Below, piece after piece: positions 32,480 to 45,300 of a DNA stretch of 64,000 bases. Made by a program: the position numbers and the translations under genes. The first letter of the stretch is position 1; each line of letters begins with the position of its first letter. The DNA comes from Takakia lepidozioides (taxonomy: Eukaryota > Plantae > Bryophyta). The DNA lies in NCBI GenBank assembly GCA_030704615.1, contig CM060734.1, positions 7,130,001 through 7,194,000 on the forward strand. The letters run 5' to 3'. The notes under the pieces are model-generated. The model ran no database searches. It saw only the letters and a program-made list of their open reading frames with translations, and was not told the DNA's origin.

Positions 32480-35390
32480 TAGACTTTGAGAAGGCATTTG
32501 ACTCAATAGATTGGGAATTCCTCATGCAGCCAATGGAAAAATCGGGGCTACAGGCATTCCTAACTTGGGTTCAAATCCTGCTCCACTCAACCTCGAGTAG
32601 AGTCATGGTCAACGGAGTGATATCCCAGCCATTCCCTATATCCAGGTTTGTGAGACAATGATGCCCCCTTTCCCCCTTTCTCTTCCTCATCACGGCGGAC
32701 TCCCTAGGTCACCTGCTGGATTTCAGGCATGATATTGTGGGGCTTCATCTGCGTACTTTCCAGGAAGAGATGCTCAAGATCTCAATGTACGCAGACGACA
32801 CAGTCCTTCTCTTGGATAACTCAACCAGGCAAAACATTGACAGAGCTCTGCAGGCCCTACATACCTTCTGTCAAGCATCAGGACTTAAAGTGAGCTAGAG
32901 GAAATCTATAGGGATCTTGTCCAAGCTGCAAAATGAGGCTACTGCTGCGCACTATGAAACTTGGGGAGAGGATGTTGGGCTAAGGTGGCTGCAAGAAGGG
33001 GAATCCCATACTCTGTTGGGACATCAAATGGGCCTCAATCTCTCCCCACAAAGTACAATGAGAGAAGTCATCTCCACGCTTAAGAAAATGTTGGCTTCGT
33101 GGAGCTCTGCCATGCTCTCAATAGCTGGACGAGCCCTAGTAGTCAACCAAGTCTTGCTAGCATCTATCTGGTTTTTCGCAGCTATCTGGGAGATGCAAAA
33201 ATGCATGGTCAGGGAGATCAAGGCACTTGTTCGTAACTTCCTGTGGGGGCCTCTCCCAACACCCCAGTAAGAAGAGCCCTAGTCTCCTGGGATCAACTAT
33301 GCCAAAAAAAAAAACAGGGGAGGACTTGGGATCATTGACCCAAGTAAGTAGATAAAGGCCCTGTTGGCGAAATGGATCCCAAGAGCAATCAGGCACAGAC
33401 ATAGCCCGTGGAGCAAGCTGGTACAACCCTATCTGATGGGAGCAATTCCATCCTCCTCCCAGCTGTGGGCTCAATCCCTGAGGTGGGTGGTACAAGGCAA
33501 AAATTCCAACTGCACTCTTGGCTCCAAGCCCTGGCAAGCAATGTGGAAAGCATGGCATACCTTGCGGGGTTTTTTTTTTCAAAGAATGCCCATAACCAGA
33601 CAAGAGTGCTTGAGGCAACCAATCTTTGCCAATTTCAACATGGACTCTGAAGTCTTGCTAAGACAAACACCAAGATGGGCATTCGGGAAGGTGAGGGCTT
33701 CACGCACATTGCTAATATGCAGAACCAAGGGCAGTTTCTCCCGCAGGCACAAGTGGTTCAAGCTGTGGGAAGAAGAAGAGAAAATGCTTGGACTACTATC
33801 ATTGCCAACATCCCACAATATATGTATCCGCTGCTGTCAGACAACAATGTCATCGGTGATACCCCTGTCTGGATGGCCTCCAAGCAAGGAGATGGACAGT
33901 CTGCCGTGCTGGTTCTTTCTATAGCTGGAGGAATGGCATCGGGTCTGCATTTCAGAGCTGACTGTGAAGGCTCCCTGGCATTTTCTGGAAACATTGACCT
34001 GCAGATGCAATTCCTTTATCACATTCGGGTGCTGGACAATGAGGGTAATGCTAACCCACTCCCTCCTATGAACTAGGAGGTGCAGTGGGCTTATCACATA
34101 TCTCTTTGGTGGTTTCTAGCTGCCCCCCCTGTAGGATCTCCAGTTTGATCCAGGAGAGTGGCGGTGGATGAATAAAATAACACTTACCCTTCTTCGCCTA
34201 CTCGGTAAAGATGGGCTAGTCCATTCTCAACCTAGTTCGCTCTTTCCTTCAAAAGTGGACATCGAAATGGAATAACCACGGGCTCACACAGAGGAACTGG
34301 GATGCTATTGGAAAGATATCTGGAGAAAGGACCGTGCCGCCAAAGTATCTGCCTTTCTTTGGAAACTGGCACACAAGGTTCTCCCAGTGAGACAGGTCAC
34401 GCATGAAGACCAACCTACCCGCCCTATCTAGCAAATGGAACCAGAAACGATAGAGCATTGCCTCACAACCTGCCATCTGGCTTCTAGGGTGTGGCGAGTG
34501 GTCTTATCTTTCTACTCACACTAGGCCCCTCTCCCCTTCCCGCCACCCTCCTCCCTGCTACTTCTCAACAGTTTACCTGGCCACTCCCCCTCTTCTTGCC
34601 CTGTCTGGGCTGCACTAAGAGCTCTTATATTGTGGAATTTGTGGAAAGCTAGATGTGCATGGGTTTACGGGGGTAAGCCCCCCCAGAGGCAGATCGATTT
34701 TATATCATACTTACCTAGATTTGCTTACTGAGGGGAGGAAGGCTTGGGGAGTGGTCTGTGCAGCTATTCCCAGAACTTCAGAGCGCAGGGGGAGGAAGCT
34801 GCTCCAAGATTTCACTAGCACCTGGGGTAAAAATGACCTGCTCGGAGCGTGTCTTCCCAACTTACGCATTCAATGGCAGGAATCCATCCCCGCTCAATGG
34901 GAGGTCCCTTGGTGATGGGGAGGACATTGAATTCAACTGGCGTCACAAACGAGCTAGAGACCCTAAGTATAAAGCGCACTTGAAATTCTAGTACCTCCAA
35001 GTTACTCTGAAGATAACACTCACGACCCCTGCAATCGCCCATTTCTTCCCGAGGTGTGGTTCGAGCTCCAGGCACTTGTTGATTCTGCACTGTAATGCCT
35101 TCTCAATTCTCCACTGCTTTTCTCTACGCTCTTCTCAGATTCTCTTAGAAGACCTATCCTCTCTCAGTAGCATTTCCACCTCTGCTCGATCTGGTAGCAG
35201 CCTCCATAGCTCGTCTCTCTTCTCTGATCTGTTTAGCTAGCTAGTTTGCTAGAGTCGCGGTTTCCCCCCAGTAAGCCTTCACGGCCCCAGAAAGTAGTTA
35301 TTTTTTTCACTAATGTGACACTTCTTTTATTAATTTGATTAAAATGGCCTCCTTCCCCTTTATCTTAAAAATAAATAAATAATGAATAAA
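32480..35390 (+). mobile_element. Decayed L1-like LINE (RT, C-terminal zinc finger, 3' UTR, A-rich tail)
   Basis: LDFEKAFDSIDWEFL, RQ.CPLSPFLF, MYADDT, ETIEHCL; (TAAA)n tail. Confidence 0.88.
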
Positions 35391-35707
35391 CATAAGAAAA
35401 AATATTGAAAATACCCCTAAGTAGAGAATCTGCCCTGGATCCCAAAGATCCCAAAATTACCTCCAAGGGGACAAGAGAACGCCCAAGGAATGCGCTCATA
35501 AGTTGGGAATGATGGGGAACTGATCTCCCCAATGGGAGCGCCCCAATTCTAATTGTACAAACCAGTCAAAGGTGCATTAGTACCATTCCAAGGGTCAATA
35601 CCCTTGGATGAACGAAAAGCAATTTCAACCAAAAATCATCCAAATGCCACAACAATGGGCTATATGCCCTTAAGCTAACCTTCCCCTACCCCCACATGCT
35701 AAGGGAA

Positions 35708-35881
35708 GAAAAATATGACGCCTCCCGAAGGGAGCGTAACTTATGGTGTCACTTCACCACAAGGGCTACTGCCTTCCAGCTGAAGGTGGACACCTTCATG
35801 ACACACCAGACCGTGGTTTGAACCCACAACCACATCCAACGTGGTATGTGCCCTTTACCACTGGGCTACATGTTGGTTGTC
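35708..35881 (-). mobile_element. tRNA-derived SINE, TSD CTAAGGGAA
   Basis: A-box TAGCCCAGTGG and B-box GGTTCAAACC; copies at 47940-48115 and 53108-53186. Confidence 0.85.
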
Positions 35882-36571
35882 CTAAGGGAAAAATATGAAT
35901 AGTGCGCCAAAAATCAAGCTGAGGGAAAATACCACCTTAAGGCGTCTAAGATCGCCCTTCTTTTAGCTTGAGTGGCTGCCCCTTTTGGGCAGCCCCTTAC
36001 TCCTAGCTAATGCTTTTTTTAGTCGATTTAGTGAATCCCCACAGTCCTAGGACCCTATGGGAGGTTAGTCCACTTAGCTTCCAAGCTTAAAACATGAAAA
36101 AACTGACGATAGCTTCGCCATAATATGGAAATCCTTCTTTATAAACTTTAAATGGCTCGAAGGCCTACAAGGTGTGGGGCTAGAAGCCAACTCTAGCTCC
36201 CACAAAATAATGCTCTTTACTACTAGCAAGCTCGAGCTCTACTTGCTAGGACCTAAGCTCCTCAAGCAACTATGGTGTTAGATTCCAACTCTAGCCAAGT
36301 CATAGTTACTTGCTTTGATGCGCGCGCCTAACTCCCAAACTGGCCGTCGGGCCAATTCGGAGCATCGGCTGCTCACCGGAACATAACGGTCCCCCTTTCT
36401 CCCCCACGAGACCTTCTAACAGTCGGGCCCAGTGGAAATTCCCTTTGGTAGTTGGCAGTCCGGAATAGCTCCCCAGACTTTGGTCGCTTTCCGGCTGGCT
36501 TGCTTGCTTATTTACTAGCTTTTGGTCGCTCAACGGGCTTGCATCGTTCTTGGGGTTACTACTCCCCTAGA

Positions 36572-36649
36572 GAGAGAGAGAAGACTCCGGCCAAAGCCGG
36601 CGGAACTAAGAGCCACTTCACCTTGTGGCTACTGCCCCCCTTTTGGGGG
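36572..36649 (-). mobile_element. Extreme 3' end of the Dualen-like LINE, displaced by the Mutator insertion
   Basis: Joins seamlessly to 46738+ once the Mutator element is removed; ends in a (TC)n tail. Confidence 0.8.
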
Positions 36650-37416
36650 GGGGGGGGCTGCTATTTCATGAGCGGCATGAGCATGAGTGGAAAAAAAAAA
36701 GCGCATGAGCAGACCATTGTGAGTCCACGGAAATAGGGTTAGGAGGCACGGAAATAGGGCCGAACATTTATTGCAAATTTTGTGGCAAAGCCACGTCTAT
36801 ACAAGTGTGTTCTAAACTTTCATAGCAGGAATGGGCACTACTCTCCTACACCCTCCGAAGGAACTGCCCCACCTTCTTCCTCATCCCCTCATCCCCCTCG
36901 TCCTCGGAGCTCTGTGATGCATCAGTTCCACTATGCCTCTCAAAAATCCGTCCTCTGGGGGGACTGTCCACCTTCACCTCTGGGAATCTCTGCGTCTTCT
37001 CCCCCACTTTCCTCAGCAGAATCCAACACAAATCTACGAGTCCGACGGGCTCTAATAGCTGCTGCCTCCTCCCTCATCTTCATTTTCTTGAGGCTTGCCT
37101 CGTCTAAAATCTGCTGTACACGACTACGTTCGGAACACCTCCTAATGACACCGAAGCAAGCCGGGCAGCAGCATAAGTAGGAAGGATGTACTCCCTTTCT
37201 GGACTAGGCATGAAATCCCCCCTGGCAAAAAAAGGCACATTCTCCTGCCCATGAACTCCGGTGTAGACGTCCCTCCGGCAGTACTTGGCATCCTACAGTA
37301 AGAACAAATCCACTTCAAGATGTCAATACCAGCACAACCAGAAAGGGTTTTCAATGAAATAAGAGAGCGGAGGGAGGTGCCTCACAAAATCTGGAGGCAA
37401 CTTACAATACCACCAC

Positions 37417-40290
37417 TCACTCGTAAACCGGGGGCTCCTCGGCCTCGATCCCAACTTCCTCCCCCTGCTCCTTCTCGGATTTTTCCTCATCTTCCGAGGA
37501 TGCCTCTTCCTCTTTCGGCAGACGTTCAGCCGCTGCAAGTTCCGAGTTGTGGAGGGCAGTATCTGGCTCGAAGGCGAACACATGCCTGTCGGACAACGTC
37601 CCTGCCCACATTGAAGCACCTGAGGAACAAAGCGGGCGGTTAATAGCTTGCGGCATGCAATTGCAGTTGGGCCAGGGGACAAACTGAGCACGTGAAGGCT
37701 TACCCGTGCCGCATGTGAGGTCCAGAATCCGCCCTTGGACATCCGAGCATGTCTCCATGAGGGTTTGGATGAAAGCAGGGCTCCGGGTCCGGCTGTACCG
37801 CCACGGTTTGCCTGTCTTTGTGTCCTTCGGCATACTGGAGTGGGGCACATAGTTGTAGAGGACATCGTAGGTTACAGGGTCCGCAGCGGCATCAACAAGA
37901 CGACCGTCGTTGCGGAATTTGAACGTAGACCCTCTTTTCACAAAGCAATATGCCTCAAACACCAATGTCTGCACATCCAACAAAGAAGGGATCAACTCCA
38001 AGGTCTACTTAACATACACCACAATATGAAGTGAATGCAAAAGATTGATAACTTACACTTTGGCCCTCTGTTCGCAACCCCTGCGTACTGATGCAGAACC
38101 ATTTACTGAGGAGGACCGGGGTGACACTTTTCAGTGTCCACCTTGCCACCGCATTCTCTGTGGTCTTCCCTCTCGTGGCAATGACAACCACACATCCACC
38201 GTCATCCAGAAGCATCCCCGCCAGCCCAAACCCGGCTTTCCAATAGTCCTCAGTAAACCTGTTCCAGGTGGGCACACCATCCAGGCCCTCCAGCAGCTCC
38301 CCATCTGGAATGTCGAGGAGAATCATGTCGCAAGCTCTCTCCACCTCAACCCCCCCCCGAGTGCTCTTGCAATTCGTGCTCACAGCCGTGAAGAATTCCA
38401 TCATGGCTTCAAAACCAGGGGTGTCTTTAGGCTCTGTACCGCCAGCCCTCTTCTTGGCTTTCCCCTTCTGCTCCGCCAGAGACTTGTTGTGTGCCACCTT
38501 CTTCGCCCTGGCAGCGAGAGCGTCAAGGAAGCTCTCATTGACGCATTGGATGATGGTTGGAGGTTCTAGCTTTGGCCTGTGCGTAAACGTCACCGCCGAA
38601 TACCGGCGTGTAGGCTCGCCCTCAAATGCCAACTTCTTGGCAGAGCCAGTCCCACTCCGAACTGACTTGGGAACCCGGACGACCGGTGACTGGGTAGGAG
38701 CAACAGCAGTCGAAGGACCTTGAACGAAGTCGTCATCCGAGTCACTCTCTTGGGTCCCCTCTTGCGCCTCCTCTGATGCCCCGATGGTTTTCTTCTTTTT
38801 GGGTGTTACTGCAGTCACCTGTTTCCTTGTCCTTTTCCTTTGACCTTTACTCTTCTCATGCAATTTCTCCTGAATTCCTGCCTGAGCAAGCTCTGCCGCT
38901 TTCCTGGAGTTCGCAAGCGCTTTTGCCTCTTTTGCACCCAACGGAGGCAGCGGAGCCCGGTTTCGTCGGAATTCAGCATCCAGCTTCAATTGAAACTCGG
39001 ATGGGTCGAGCGAGCCGGGCGGAAGGTCCACATACCAAGGGCAATCACGCAAATGTTCCAGATGCCACTCCTTCACAATATCGTCAGTGTACATGGAGTC
39101 AGCCCCAGGGTTCCTCCATGTCAGGAAGAATGGTGGCTCGAAAGACAGATGACCTTTCTCCAAAAAAGAGAACTTACAGTACCTGCATTCATGAAAAACA
39201 CAATGAGGTCCGAAAATGGCTAAGTCCCTGAACGGCAATAGGGCCTACAACTGGCAAATGGCGCCGAATTTCCACTTCAGGGCCAGCCAGTCTAGGGACT
39301 TAGCCCGAAAATGGCTAAGTCCCTGAACGGCAATAGGGCCTGGAACTGGAAAATGGCGCCGAATTTCCAGTTCAGGGCCAGCCAGTCTAGGGACTTAGCC
39401 CGAAAATGGCTAAGTCCCTGGACGGCAATAGGGCCTAGAACTGGAAAACGGCGCCGAATTTCCTGTTCCGGGCCAGCCACCCTAGGGACTTAGCCCGAAA
39501 ATGGCTAAGTCCCTGGACGTCAATAGGGCCTAGAACTGGAAAACGGCGCCGAATTTCCAGTTCCGGGCCAGCCACCCTAGGGACTTAGACCGAAAATGGC
39601 TAAGTCCCTGGACGGCAATAGGGCCTGGAACTGGAAAATGGCGCCGAATTTCCAGTTCCGGGCCAGCCAGTCTAGGGACTTAGCCATTTTTGGAGCCCTG
39701 ACTGGAAATTCGGCGCCATTTTCCCTAGCACCACTTGAGGCCTCTAACATCCTGAAATGCCAGGACTTGAAAGAAAGGCAGCGCGTATGTACCTGTACAG
39801 AAGGCGCATTGCTGCTTTGTCCGCGTTCGGCTGGTCGGTGAACTCGTGGCTCCGGCGAGCATCTGCTATCTCCCGAAAAAATAGGTTGGTTTTGTAGAGC
39901 AGATAGTACCTCGTCACATAGTCACGTAGGCTCTTTGCTGCAGGAGATATCTCCATCTTGAACTGATGTGCTTGTGTGTCCAGCTGCTCTTGCGCATTCG
40001 TCGTCACCTGTGGAGATTGTCCATCAGATCGCTTTCCTCAAAAAATACAATGAATCCACCCCCTACTAGAGTAGAAGCCCCAAACGAAGCGTGGGGAAGT
40101 ACCTGAAACCACCATGTCATGCGGTTCATCCACATGTCGAATGTGGGGTCAGAGAGTTTGTCCGGTTTGGGGAAGCTCCACATGTCCCTGGTACTTTGGG
40201 AACCATTCCAGATTTGGAGCCACCGGGTCTGTCCAACCACCCAGCATATTCGTAAGCGCCAAACACCACACGAATATCCACGTAGAGGTA
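37417..40290 (-). CDS. Transposon accessory gene with C-terminal beta-class N4C/N6A DNA methyltransferase-like fold (exons approx. 40290-40102, 40007-39793, 39182-38057, 37968-37704, 37619-37417; may extend 3')
   Basis: In-phase GT-AG introns; DMILLDIPDG (DPPY-like), RSPAFIQTLMETCSDVQGRILDLTCGTGASMWAGTLSDRHVFAFEPD (motifs X-I-II). Confidence 0.7.
39205..39725. repeat. Intronic tandem array (~90-bp units, ~5 copies) containing GGCGCCGAATTTCC
   Basis: CCGAAAATGGCTAAGTCCCTG...GGCGCCGAATTTCC...AGGGACTTAG repeated. Confidence 0.9.
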
Positions 40291-40299
40291 ATTCGGAGC

Positions 40300-42015
40300 G
40301 CTGCACGATGGAATTCCGGCGCCGGATTTCCATCCTGCAGGTAATTCGGAGCGCAACATGATGAAAATTCAGCGCCGAATTTCCATTCAGCAAGGTAGGC
40401 GGCGCTGGAAATTTCCCTCACGCAGGTAATTCAGAAGCGCGCGGATGGAAATCTGGCACCGGATTTCCATCCGCGCAGGTAGGGCGTCGCGCCAAATATC
40501 CCTCACGCAGGTAATTCCGAAGCGCGCGGATGGAAATCCGGCGCCGAATTTCCATCCGCGCAGGTCGGGCGGCGCACCAAATTTCCCTCACGCAGGTAAT
40601 TCGGAAGCGCGCGGATGAAATCCGGCGCCGGATTTCCATCCGCGCAGGTAGGGCGTCGCGCCAAATATCCCTCACGCAGGTAATTCCAAAGCGCGCGGAT
40701 GGAAATCCGGCGCCGAATTTCCATCCGCACAAGTCGGGCGTCGCGCCAAATATCCCTCACGCAGGTAATTCCGAAGCGCGCGGATGGAAATCCGGCGCCG
40801 AATTTCCATCCGGCATGTAATTCCAATACCGGATGAATGGAAATTCGGCGCCGAATTTCCATCCAGCAGGTAAGTGGAATCCCGGATGGATGGAAATTCG
40901 GCGCCGAATTTCCATCCAGCAGGTAATTTGAATCCCGGATATATGGAAATTCGGCGCCGAATTTCCATCCAGCAGGTAAGTCGGATCGCTGGCGTATGGA
41001 TATTCGGCGCCGAATTTCCATTCGCCATGTATTTCATCGCTGAGAATTACCTTCCTGCAGGTAATTCCTCGCTCAGAATTACCTTCGTGCAGGTAATTCT
41101 GAACGAGGAATTTCCCTCCTATTGGCATCGATAGGAATTACCTGCAGGAAGGTAATTCTTAGCGATGAAATACATGGCGAATGGAAATTCGGCGCCGAAT
41201 TTCCATACACCAGCGATCCGACTTACCTGCTGGATGGAAATTCGGCGCCAAATTTCCATCCAGCAGGGATTCGAATTACCTGCAGGATGGAAATTCGGCG
41301 CCGAATTTCCATCCATCCGAGATTCCACTTACCTGCTGGATGGAAATTCGGCGCCAAATTTCCATCCGGGGGATGGTCTCTATCGGAGAGGTGCCGCCTC
41401 TCCGCCGCTCTGTTGGATATTCGGTGCCGAATTTCCGTCCGGGGGTTGAAATATGACGGCCAGGTGCCGACCTCTCCCCCCTCCCCGACTGCATTGGAAC
41501 GGCCCCGGATTGAAATTCGGCGCCGTTTTCCCATCTGGGGAGGTTTTTATGTCGGCCAGTTTTCGGTCTGACCCCCCGACAAGACTTCCTTTGGGGGGGC
41601 CCGGATGGAAATTCGGCGCCGAATCTCCCTCCAGGGGATGCTCTCTGTCGAACACGTGCCGACCTCTACGCCCGAGGCGACTTCATCCGGGCGTCCCCTG
41701 TTCGATATTCGGTGCCGAATTTCCGTCCGGGGGTTGAAATGTGATGGCCAAGTGCCGGCCACTCCCCCCTCCCCGACTTCATCCGAACCGCCCCGGATGG
41801 AAATTCGGCGCCGTTTTTCCATCTGGGGATGTTTTTATGCCGTCCAGTTTTCGGCCTGACCCCCCGACACGACTCCCTTTGGGGGCCCGGATGGAAATTC
41901 GGCGCCGAATCTCCATCCAGGGGATATTCTCTGTCGCACACGCGCCGGCCTCTGCGCCCGAGGCGACTTCATCCGGGCTTCCTCTGTTGGATATTGCGTG
42001 CCGAATTTCCATTCG
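40300..42015. repeat. Array of the 22-bp palindrome GGAAATTCGGCGCCGAATTTCC and variants, with a ~235-bp inverted repeat (40837-41069 / 41133-41368)
   Basis: Read directly; lies between the two divergent transposon genes. Confidence 0.92.
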
Positions 42016-42315
42016 GGGGTAGTAATGTGATGGCACGATGCCGGCTTCTCCCCTTCAGCCGTCATCATCCGGACGGCCCCCCACTTTCTGACTGCATACC
42101 GTTGGCAGTTATTGCGCAAAGACCAGGGGCCGCATTCCGGAGACAAGGTTCATTAACACTCTGACTGTGGATTTTTGAGATAGTTGGCTCCCTGGATTTG
42201 GATCAGGCTTCGTCGCTCGGACAAATCGGCATCGCATTCATTCCCATCGCTGCACCCCCTTCTACCAGGGAGCTTCCCCGCACGCCATCCTGGCAGTCTT
42301 GTGTGCACATCTCCC

Positions 42316-45300
42316 ATGGCGGAAAACCCGAGCGCTACAGTGTACTGCCCTCCTCACGAGCATAGAGCTTCATTTCCGTGCAGAGGGGACACCTGCCGGG
42401 TGATGGAGAAATATCTGTGCGTTCGATACCACCTGAAACCGGGGTCGGTTTTTTTGGAGGAGGAAAGGAAGGACTCTAACGGCCTTGTTGTCGAGAGTAT
42501 TGTTGTGCTCCACGATGATTTCGGCGATGGCAGGGAATGGCGAGTTCCACCATCGGACAGCATCATATACAGGGCTGTTGGGACTTCATTTGCCCGCCAA
42601 ATGCACCTTCTATCCTGGCGCCTTCCACGAAACAATCCGCGAATCAGAGAGTGGCTACCTCAAAGAGAGAAGTCCGCAACGAAGTAAATCCAGAGCCGAA
42701 CCCATCCATGAAGACGAGCGAGAACCGGGTTGTTCACAACCTGTCCGACTCAGACGAGGTCATGGAAGTTCCGAGGTCGTCCTGGAGATCAGGCAAGTCC
42801 TCAATGGACGTCAGTGGAGGAGGGAGTCATATTCCCAGCACAAGCACCGCAGTTCGATCTATTCTTGAAATTCTGCGAGGGCTTCACCTGGAAGGACACC
42901 GGTCGGAGCTGGCCGGGCTGGACTACAGCAAGTTCGCAATTAAATCGGTTACATGCCTTCCCGCCGACGTCGACGGTAATATCTTCTTTGAGTTCCCTCC
43001 TCGGGCGGACTACTCGAGGGCGTCCGGAATGTTGACAGATATGGATAGAAAACATGACAGTCATCCTTGGTGCGTTACCAAAACCACCAGCATGAAGATG
43101 CTCGATGGGGTGCGGGTGCGCTACGTTGTTTGTGCGGGCGCGTTGCGGTGTTTCTCCCCAACTTGCTTCCACTTTAAATCCAGAGGTCACAGGAACGAGA
43201 CCGATTGGACAGGCACAGCTCACCAACCATTTCGAGCTCAGGAGAAGGTTCCGAACTCCACATTTAAGTGTGCGCATTGCAAAGAACCACCACATTGCAT
43301 GTCTGTTTGTAATGCCAAGCAGTTCTATGTGTTGCACCGTTTCCCTGACCTCACCCGAGCTTGCATACACGTTGGTTCCCATTGTCACAAATTGGCGAGG
43401 GGGAACTCGCGGGAGGCTGCCCACGAAGCAGAGCAGCTCGTTCAGGAGGAGGTTAAGTTGAGACCGGGTGCCAAACCCAAACAGATACAGCTCCAAGCCG
43501 CCCATAAGATGGCATTGGCCAGAATTATGTCGGAAGACGGCTCCGATAGAGTTCCTCTCGACGAGAAAGAAATGGAGGCATTGCTGGAGTCGGTGTCCCA
43601 TGTATGTTCACCGAATGTCCGAAACCACATTGTCTCATGCAAACAGAAAATTGGGCGTGGCTCGGATATGCACTCCATTCTGGAGGTGAAGCGACGATGT
43701 GGATATGACTACATTCATGGAAGTAGGTTTCCAGGACAAGGGACTGAGGCAGATCGTTGTTTCGTATTCAAAATGTCCACGTGTGGACCTGGCAGCGGCG
43801 TCGAACTGGTCGACAGGATGACGAGTGGGAACTTGTCAAACAGTTGGGTCATGTTCGACCATATCAAGCGAATTACAAATCACCAGTGGGTGACAATGGG
43901 TGCACATGTCTACGACACCCACTGCAGGATGCTAATGACAATTGTTATTTGTGAGATGAAAGGAGAGGACACACAATCGGAGATGCTTCTTTGGCAGGGA
44001 ATAAACGAACAGATGGCCAAGGCGGGATTGCCCCCTCCCAATTTCCGTGGTTTCATGGCGGACAACGCACAAGCAAATTGGGCTGCCATCCGAAGGGTGT
44101 ACGGGCAAGACCCCAATGTTCCCATGGAAGGCAAGGAGAGATCTTGTGGGTTCCATTTTCTGCAGAGCCTTTCGCAGTACACAACTAGGCTCGTGGCGCC
44201 AGATTTCAGAGAGGAGCACCGTTCCATGTGCCTTGCGTGGAAGCGCGCTCCCACCTTGGATGATGCAGAGACACAGTTTGCATGCATACGGGCTTGGTGG
44301 ACATCGTCAGGTGCTGTACGGAAATCAGACGAGGGAGCAATGGTCAGTTGGCTAGCATGGTGGCATTATCGTTTCCTCCAGTTCGGCGACTATATGCGGG
44401 AGGTGAGTTGCACGAATTCGCGTCCCGTTGAATATTATTCTTGGCCATATTTGTAACTTGCTTGTAACCTGAACATGTGCTTGTGCAGGAAATGTGTCTC
44501 GACTCCGACACCGACATGCCCACGACAAACATGGCCGAATCAGTGCACTCTTCCTGGCGTGCCTCCTCTGCGGCGCATCTGGTGGACATCCTCACTGCCA
44601 CAACGGAGGACATTGTGAGGTCAATTATGCAGCAATGCAGGTACAACGAGTTCTTGTAAGGGAAACAGTGGGGCTTGGGGCCGGACAGGCAAGAAATGCT
44701 GATGCGGACTGCCTCCAGATCGAAGAATCCTCGGAAGTGGGCGGCGGCCTTGCGAGAGGGCCTTCGGGACACGCCATTGCTGCGAAGAGGCCAACATTTG
44801 GAAGGAGATGTTCATACCCGTCCAGTGAGACGAAGACTTGACGAGGCACCTGGCGGAGAAGAGGATTCATGGCGAGCTGACAAGAATATTCGCACGCTCC
44901 CTCGTGGTCTGGTGATGTTGCCCGAGGAGGTCTCGTCGAGCACCGCAAGTCCTGCACGTTCAAGATCGCCATCTCCTTTGAGCACAGGGCGCGTGCCCCG
45001 GCAACATAACGAGCCATCTGTAGTAAAGCAGTATAACATTCCCATTGTGGAGACAAGAGTGTCCGAGTCACAGTGGAGAATTGCGAGGACATTGCCGGCA
45101 TTTCGAGGGAAGTGTTGCGCCATCCGGGTGGATACGAGAGCACGCTGTGGTGAGATGATTCGGAGGAACCCACACGGTGCTTACCTGCACCTTGTTTCAG
45201 CGGCAGATTTTTGACTCCCACATTTGCTCACGCCACAACGCAGACATTTTGGTTCTGTAGGCACGACATAATGACCTGTGTATTTGGCAAGCCCAAGTAC

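Noticed and set aside
35790-35881. Functional tRNA gene
   Set aside because: It has a LINE-like tail, TSDs and multiple copies, so it is a SINE head
36641-36657. Unusual 4-bp TSD (TTTT) for the Mutator element
   Set aside because: The G-run makes the boundary ambiguous, and TTTTGGGGG fits a canonical 9-bp TSD
39205-42015. CRISPR-like array
   Set aside because: Spacers are themselves repeated, there are no cas genes, and the context is a eukaryotic transposon
40400-42200. Many overlapping ORFs (MEIRRRISI..., WKFGAEF...)
   Set aside because: They are artefacts of translating the palindromic repeat array
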